A stretch of 57,092 nucleotides of DNA, filler included, from Jimgerdemannia flammicorona (Eukaryota), in assembly GCA_003990765.1 (NCBI GenBank). It is 2 parts of 2 records of this genome, joined end to end, with 100 filler letters (N's around TTAATTAATTAA, not from the genome) between each part and the next. Parts side by side here need not be neighbours in the genome. Positions count along the whole stretch, not along the records: positions 28,622 to 57,092 come from RBNJ01000557.1; 1 more part is not named here. One strand, written 5' to 3'. Shown in pieces: positions 50,517 to 57,092 of the stretch (its first letter is position 1; the number at the start of each line of letters is the position of its first letter). The notes beneath the pieces were generated by a model that was given only the letters and a program-made list of their open reading frames with translations, was not told the origin of the DNA and did no database searches. Made by a program: the position numbers and the translations under genes.

Positions 50517-52710
50517 ATGAACAAACAAAACAGCAGCCCTTAATTTGTACATTAGTCCAGTCTACTCATTTTTCACCCTGCAATGATCATCAAAAGAGGG
50601 AGTATTCGAGGTGGAAATGTACTCTCTGCTGACAATATTAGATTCTTTCTCATATGGACAGCACACAAGCTGCTCATCGAGAGCCAAAGAGGCGACAGTG
50701 GTGGCGGTGGCAATGACAATGGCAATGGCGATGGTGGGGATGAGGGAGAATTCCGGCAACAACTCACAGTGGCCCTTCGGACCTCGGAATTCACAGACCT
50801 CACAGCTATGTATGCAGCAGCCTTTTTGGAGCAGCCGATAGTAGATGTAGGTTGCTCACTCAGCTGCCACTTGTTTACTTATGTTTATTTAAACTTCCCC
50901 AGCATGACCCAATTCACCTTGTGCTTTTCTTAGGGTCCACAGCTCTATGGCGAGATCTGCCAACTTTATTCGCAACATCTGGTCAAGATGAAGAAAGGCT
51001 GGCAGACATTATGGGGCATGCCTTTGGTGGCTGAGCTGTTGAGTCAATGCATTGTGTGGCGGAGGTCTCAAAAGGAATAGAAGCAAGCCTTCATGAGCAA
51101 TCTTGTGCAACTTGTACAACTCGTCAGCATGCAACTCGTCGGCATGCAACTCATCGGTATGCAGCTCACTCACTCACTCACTCACACTCTTTTTCTGAAA
51201 TACCCATCTCTGTGTTTTATTTAATTTTATTTTTATATGGTCTCCCCCTAAAAAGCACCCACACCCACATGCAACCCGCCTACATACAACCCACCCATAT
51301 GCAACCTGCCCGCATGCAACCCACCTGCACGCAACCCACCCACATGCAACCTGTCTGCAATCCACCTGCAACCCACCTGCACGCAACCTGCCTGCATGCA
51401 ACCTGCCTGCATGCAACCCACCTGTATGCAACCCATCTGCATGCAACCCGTCCATATACTTATCTCAGTCTCTCAGATCAGGGCTCAGTTCCATTGGAAA
51501 GGAGAGTTCAAAGTTACCTAAGTTCAACCATGTCCAGCATCTGATCAAATAGAGAAATTCAAGGGTAAGATGTTCAGCATGAGTAGGACCAGTATCATCA
51601 TCAAGGCTTGGGGGTCTATATTTGAATCAGAGCCAATTGTACTCGACCAAGGGGCCCATTGGCCAGCAGGAGTAATCAATGACGAAGAGAACCATATATT
51701 TATTAACAAATACAGAAAGGTGGTTGCGATGGTGGTAAGGAACCTTTATGGCAACGAGCTTTACTGCCACATCAATGAGATTTATGAGGATTGTGTCAAA
51801 TATCAGGTGGCAGGAAAGAGGGAGCGAAAAAAGCAAGGAGGGGGGGTTTGGATAGGAATTAGATATACTGCAATACTGGTGAAGGGTGGGTTCCAGAGTT
51901 CCGAAATCCCCCACACTCATCTCTCTTTTTTTTTTTAACCCCTCCCCAGATAAATCACACTCTTCGCCGACATACTCTTTTTGATACAATTCCAGGGATG
52001 CACAAGATTCTGTACCCCTACCAGAACTTTAGAAGTACCATCAAAGAGCAAACTGCGCACAAGCATGATATGGCCTATGCGGTGATGGCAGCTATGATCT
52101 GGGGTTCTTTGAGCAGATTGGTAGAGTGTACAGCAGGCCAGCTTGGTGGTGATCTCAGCACAGCTATATGTACATTCTTGGCATAATTTAGCATGCCATA
52201 TGAGGTGAGGAGCTCTGCTTTTTTGGGGTGCTACAGCCCAGGGGGTTTCTGCCCCCCTGCACACAAAAAGGACTGACCAGTTGTCATCTGTTTCAGCAGA
52301 TTTCCAAGCCAGGACTCCTGGGGCTGGACTAAGGGCAGGCATCCATTAGCATAGCCTGACAGTATGAGGTCTTGGGCCAAGGGTTCACCCAACTGTACAC
52401 TCATGTCACATTAGGATACATTAGGCGCAACCTTTCTCTGCCCATACACACAGACAACAATATCACTCCAGTAATGTTTTACATTCTGGAAAGGAAGGAC
52501 CCAACCTGGGAGGATAGCAGCAGAGTCTGGTATGACTTCATCTATGGTTTCAGGGTCCCATTTGCAGCCAACATGACTATCCTATTCCAACCACATGACC
52601 ACCATGGTACCATCGCCTTCGAGGAGAGCTCAGATACAATAGTTGTCACACTCACAATAGATGATAGGCTCATCAAGGCCTGGGACTGGCAGGTGGAGCA
52701 GTTTTTGTGA
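50517..52710 (+). pseudogene. Spliced gene relic with C-terminal 2OG-Fe(II) dioxygenase-like (TET/JBP-like) domain
   Basis: Phase-compatible GT-AG introns 50847-50933, 51807-51949, 52205-52296 and acceptor at 51476; last exon has LPIHTDNN (52447) and ILFQPHDHHGT (His 52603); few stops, consistent with C>T; 5' end uncertain. Confidence 0.62.
51105..51452. repeat. Intronic TGCAACC-core tandem repeats (~15-bp units)
   Basis: Directly visible, two blocks. Confidence 0.85.
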
Positions 52711-52959
52711 AGGTTAGACAATCTTTCATAAGGGTTAGGCAGCCATTTTGTGTGGGTTAGACAGCCATTTTGTGTGGGTTGAACAGTCTTATGTGGGCTG
52801 AGTGCCTCTTATATAGTACTAGCTTAGCCATTATGTAGGGCCCTACTAGCCCCTCGGCTCTGCTCTGTAGTGCCGCTAGTATGGCACTACAGCATAGGGC
52901 CAGAGTGCCCGTGGGATCTGAACTGGTGACTTCAACTGCTGGAAATGCCCTCCAACCGT

Positions 52960-53460
52960 CAGAAGCACCCTCTGCCCCAGACTCCTTGGCGGCTTGGGGC
53001 TGCTCCTATGCTACTGGCGGAGGGCCACAAATTTTACATGCTCCCTCCATCTGCCCCACCCATCCCGGACACTTGCAGCTTGGGGCTGCCCCTTACTGCT
53101 GGTAGAGGGCCGCAAATTTTGCACACTCCCTCTGCTGACTCTGTGCCCGCCAACCTGCCAACCGACCCCACCCACTGACCTGGGCACTGATAGCTTGGGG
53201 CTGCCCCTCACTGCTGGCAGAGGGCTGCAAATTTTGCATGCTCCCTCCACCTACCCCCCTGACCCAGACACTTGTGGCTTAGGGCTGCCCCTTGCTGCTG
53301 GTAGAGGGCCGCAAATTTTGTGCACTCCCTCTGCTGACCCACTGACCCGCCCACCAACCTGGGCACTAGCAGCTTGGGGCTGCCCCTTGCTGCTGGCTGA
53401 GAGCCACAAATACTGCGTGCTCCCTCCGCTGCCGCCACCAACCCCACCCTACTTGGGCTG
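52960..53460. repeat. Five ~65-bp conserved units (GCTTGGGGCTGCCCCTTGCTGCTGGCAGAGGGCCGCAAATTTTGCA...) with C-rich linkers
   Basis: Directly visible between the dioxygenase-like and hAT genes. Confidence 0.85.
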
Positions 53461-53589
53461 TAAACTCTGGGCCAAGTCCTTAGGTTTTTTTTTTCCTTTT
53501 TTATTATTTTGAAAGGTATTAATTTGAAAGGTATTAAATATTCCACAAGGCCAACTAACTTATCCACGAACCTGCCAAATTTTAGTAGC

Positions 53590-55818
53590 CCAAGCCCCAC
53601 CAAGACTTCAGATACATACATACACACCTGAATTGTCTCAGTATTCAGCGCACACCTCTTTGGGGCAATGAGGTCCACCCCATCTGAGAACACCCGCTCG
53701 ACAGGAGTGCTGGAGGCAGGAATCACCAGGTAGTTCTGAGCTATATCATACAGACTGGAGAAGTCCGTTTGACACAGCTGCACACCCTGGTGGGTAGAGC
53801 GGTGGTTAGATTGGTGGGTTAAATTGGCCCAACACCCATCTGACAATGCCCACCTGACAACCCACCTTCCACCAGTTGAGCACCTCCACACCCTCTAGTA
53901 GAATCATGCAGTCACTGGTGAGATAAATGGTGAGTTCGTCTATTGATGGCAGCTCTTCCACTGATGGCTCCCTCTTCCTCTTTCTGTTGAAGTAAATATG
54001 GGACAGGAGGGAACTCTCGGCATATTCATCCGAACTTTGGCCAGAACCTTGTGGCAGTGTATAGTTTTTCCAGTATACTTCGATTATGGCCTGCTTGGTT
54101 CTCTCAATGAAGTGCTGCTCCCAACTCTGATCTTTATAGTATTGTAGCTTTAAGCATGGGTCCAGTACTGTTTAAAGAAAAGGAGAGTGAGTTTTTGCAG
54201 GGTTTCCTCTATTTTGGAAGGGGCAATGGCCACATGCCAACATCGACATACCTGTACTGATTGAGTATACAGCAGTATCTGTTTGGGAGTAGTATTTCCT
54301 GAGCTTACTTAGAGTAACCTCCACAGCATCTCTCTGATCCGGGCTTAACCGTAAATCACCACAATCCTCCAGCCTGTCCTCGAGCTTGTCCTCTAGCCAG
54401 TCAATCAGAAGGTTGTATACTGATATCGCAGAGCTTATTGTTAGGGTCGTTTGTTTGACTATATCCTTTGTACAATCATCAAAACACTGGCAGTTATATA
54501 TGGTGAGGTGTTGCATTGTGTGGAGGTAGACAAAATGAGTATGGAGTCAGAGCAACCACCACTTACTTCCAAAACTCTGACAACATTCCTAAGTATGTCC
54601 CACTTGCTTTCACCTAGAGCCTTGGCCCATATTTCCTTATCAGCAGCCATTATTGAATCTATTGGCTTTTTTTTTTTTTTAATTTTTTAAAATAAATCTT
54701 CCATCATCTGAAATAGTTACTTCAGCTGACCAAAGAAAAAAAGGATGTATACTACAGCAAACTCCAGCGCATGCTGGATCATTGCAAATGTTGAGTTCCA
54801 ATGTATACAGACATCCAATATAAGCTCTTTTAGAGCTAAACTGATTGCTCTACACTGCATAGTGAATTTGTCTCGTCATTGTGGGGACAATCAGACCGAC
54901 ACAATCAGTTTGTGCAGCTTGGAAATTATACTCAGGGCCCCTCCTCTCTTGGATGTTTTGTCTATATGCATAAGATAGTTCTGAACAGTGAGGTTCAGTA
55001 TGTGAGTCTGGCATTGCACACAGCAGCTTTCTACACTGAAGGCCATGTTTTCCTATTTGAGGCTGGCTGCTAAAGCTTGGAAAAATGTTGAGTTGTTTGT
55101 GGCATTGTCCATTATAATGGCCAAAATCTATACTTGAAATATTTGGTTGGCGAATTATGCGAAAATAAATAACCAATAAAATCTATTCTGTTTAAGGACC
55201 TCCCTCAAAATGCTGACCTGATGGCAAGCCCCCCTTTTTTTACCTTGGTTGTGATCCCAAGCTCCCGGATATAACTAATAAAAGCATCTGCGATGTTGTC
55301 TCCAGAATGAGGGCTAGCAAGTTTGATGAAGTCAAGGGTGAGAGATTTAAGCTACCAATCGAGGTCAATCCAATGACCAGTAATACCCAGAAATGAAATT
55401 GTATTGGGGAATATCCATATGTTGATCATAAACGAAATTTTACCTGCCAAATTCTGCTTATTGAATGTAAGGTTAAATTGGTGAGCTCTTTTATATAATT
55501 CAGCTTGCAAAGGTCATGGTGCTGCCCTTATTTTATCTGAAGTGTCTGGTGAAGATTATCGTGCTCCTTCCTATAGGCCTCCAGGACATCTTTATGAATA
55601 GTATTGGCACTTGGCAAATATAAATCATGCTTGAGGAGACCAAAGATGCTATGCAATTGATCACTCTCGATGGTTGTGAATGGCTGGTCTGTGTACACAA
55701 TCCAGCAAATGAGCTGATTTCAAAATTCTGCTAAAGAGTATGGCTAAATATTTTTGATTAAATAGCATTGTTGGTATAGAAATGATTGGGCAATCAGATA
55801 AACATACCCACCACAGCA
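53590..55818 (-). mobile_element. Intron-containing hAT transposase pseudogene; 5' part displaced by a LINE insertion
   Basis: Dimerisation domain IAQNYLVIPASSTPVERVFSDG; VLDPCLK; LDVCIHWNST; HILNLTVQ; NIWISPNTISFLGITGHWID; PHSGDNIA; DQPFTTIES. Confidence 0.9.
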
Positions 55819-56941
55819 GCACCTTTCACCGGTAACATTCGGGTGACACAAGATTTGGACAACACTTTCTGTGAAGTTTTTGGTGAAAAGCTACTATCAA
55901 CATGGCGAGCAACGAGCAAACTGGTGGGCAGGTCGGCCAGGGGGGCAGCCGGGCCTTCGGCTGGCAGCAGGTTGGGAGGAAACGAGGAGATGGTTTGGGG
56001 ATGCCAGGGCCGTCTGTGGTGGGCGGTGGCACTGGAGGTGGAGGGAGAGGTGGACTGAGGCAGAGAGGTGGGGGGAGGGCGACCTTTGCCGACAAGGTCA
56101 GGATAGGGAAGATGGCCGCAGGGCTGGATGGTTGGTTGGGACTGGGGAAGGCAATGCCGGGTTCAGAAGGAGGGCAGGGAGGATCCCCCATGGGAGCCTC
56201 AGTCGGCATGGGGGGAGGGGGAGTAGGGGTTGGAGATATGACTGCTGATGGGGCTGTGACAGGAAATCTGGAAAAAAATCCAGATGTGATGGCGGTTGGC
56301 GGATCTGGTCAGAAGGAGGGCACGAGGCCCAGGGACCTGGCTGATGGAGTGACAGGCATGGTGTCGGCACCGTTACTCAAAAAGTCGAGGTCAGAATTCG
56401 CTGTCACATTGTGTTTCCGAGGCTTGGCAGTGACTGCAAGGATGATCCTGGGACTGGTGGTGCAGGAGGTGAAGGGGGCAGCTACGGTCAAGTTCATGAA
56501 GGGGAAGGAAGGGATTGAGGTTGGGTTTGAAGAAGAGGGGTCGATGCTGGAGGCTATGGAGAAAGGAGTAGTAGTGGGTGGAGTGGTAGTTCCTATAGCA
56601 AGGTGCATGCGCTGGGACCCGAGAGTGGTGCAGTTGACGGTGCTGGATCTTCCTATGGTGTCACGGGAGAGGGCTAGGGAGTTGATTGTGGAGGTGGTAA
56701 AGGAGTATGGGGATGTCATCGATATCGGGTTCAAAGTCTGGGAGGGTATGGAACTTAGGACTGGAGACGTTGATGTAAGAGTATGCTTGTTTGGTCGGGA
56801 GAACACGGGGAAGGCGAGGGACTGGCCGGCGACGCTGAAGTGAGGACAGGCTGAGTACAGGGTCTCTCGGGTGAAAGGGACGCTGGAGGAAGAGGAGGAT
56901 TTGCTGGAGGCTCTTGAGGATCTGACGGGAGCTGTTGAGAG
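55819..56941 (+). mobile_element. 5' part of a second LINE (5' UTR and ORF1 from 55902), inserted in the hAT element
   Basis: ORF1 homologous to the relic at 22752-23760 (NLEKNPDV, LLKKS, VTLCF.GL.V, VKF.KG..G.EVGFEE, RDWP). Confidence 0.88.
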
Positions 56942-57092
56942 GCTCTCCTGTACAATTCACATTACACAAACCTTCAAGCAACAGTTCTCGACACAACTAG
57001 GAGTAAAGGTACTAGCAATATGTCTTCAAGCAAGAGTTCCGACGGGCGTACTGGGTCGGGGGGAGCTGGGGCTTTCGGCTGGCAGCAAGTGG
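56942..57092 (+). mobile_element. 5' end of a third LINE nested in the second
   Basis: TACAATTCACATTACACA head and AAAGGTACTA..ATG context shared with 22671-22755; ORF1 ATG at ~57020; runs off the window. Confidence 0.75.

Noticed and set aside
52960..53460. Repeat-spacer appearance resembling a CRISPR array
   Set aside because: Units are long and degenerate, linkers resemble each other, no cas genes, eukaryotic context

Overview
Eukaryotic, fungal DNA; gene content and intron density suggest an early-diverging (Mucoromycota-like) genome, which is my inference. (1) 1-28.5 kb is a nest of decayed transposons. A 10-kb Ty3/gypsy element with ~1.55-kb LTRs, a dUTPase and a 277-codon frame inside each LTR is inserted into the dUTPase of a second dUTPase-bearing gypsy family. 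This zone also holds a U6 snRNA relic, two kinds of non-autonomous retroposon and a near full-length LINE. (2) After an assembly gap, 29-49 kb is a CpG-intact gene island: LYRM5/ETFRF1, a BAG6-like gene, a pepsin-family pseudogene, a Ric8 3' fragment, ATP17 with an intronic C/D snoRNA, a 3-hydroxyacyl-CoA dehydrogenase and a Zn2Cys6 factor. (3) 49.3-57 kb is a second TE nest. There, a spliced, stop-mutated gene with an HxD...H 2OG-Fe(II) dioxygenase signature (TET/JBP-like) lies convergent to a hAT transposase, apparently within one DNA transposon; this is the most interesting candidate system. Repeats show strongly transition-biased decay (CpG loss, CpA/TpG to TpA) that spares the genes. All calls come from manual reading; no database searches were run.
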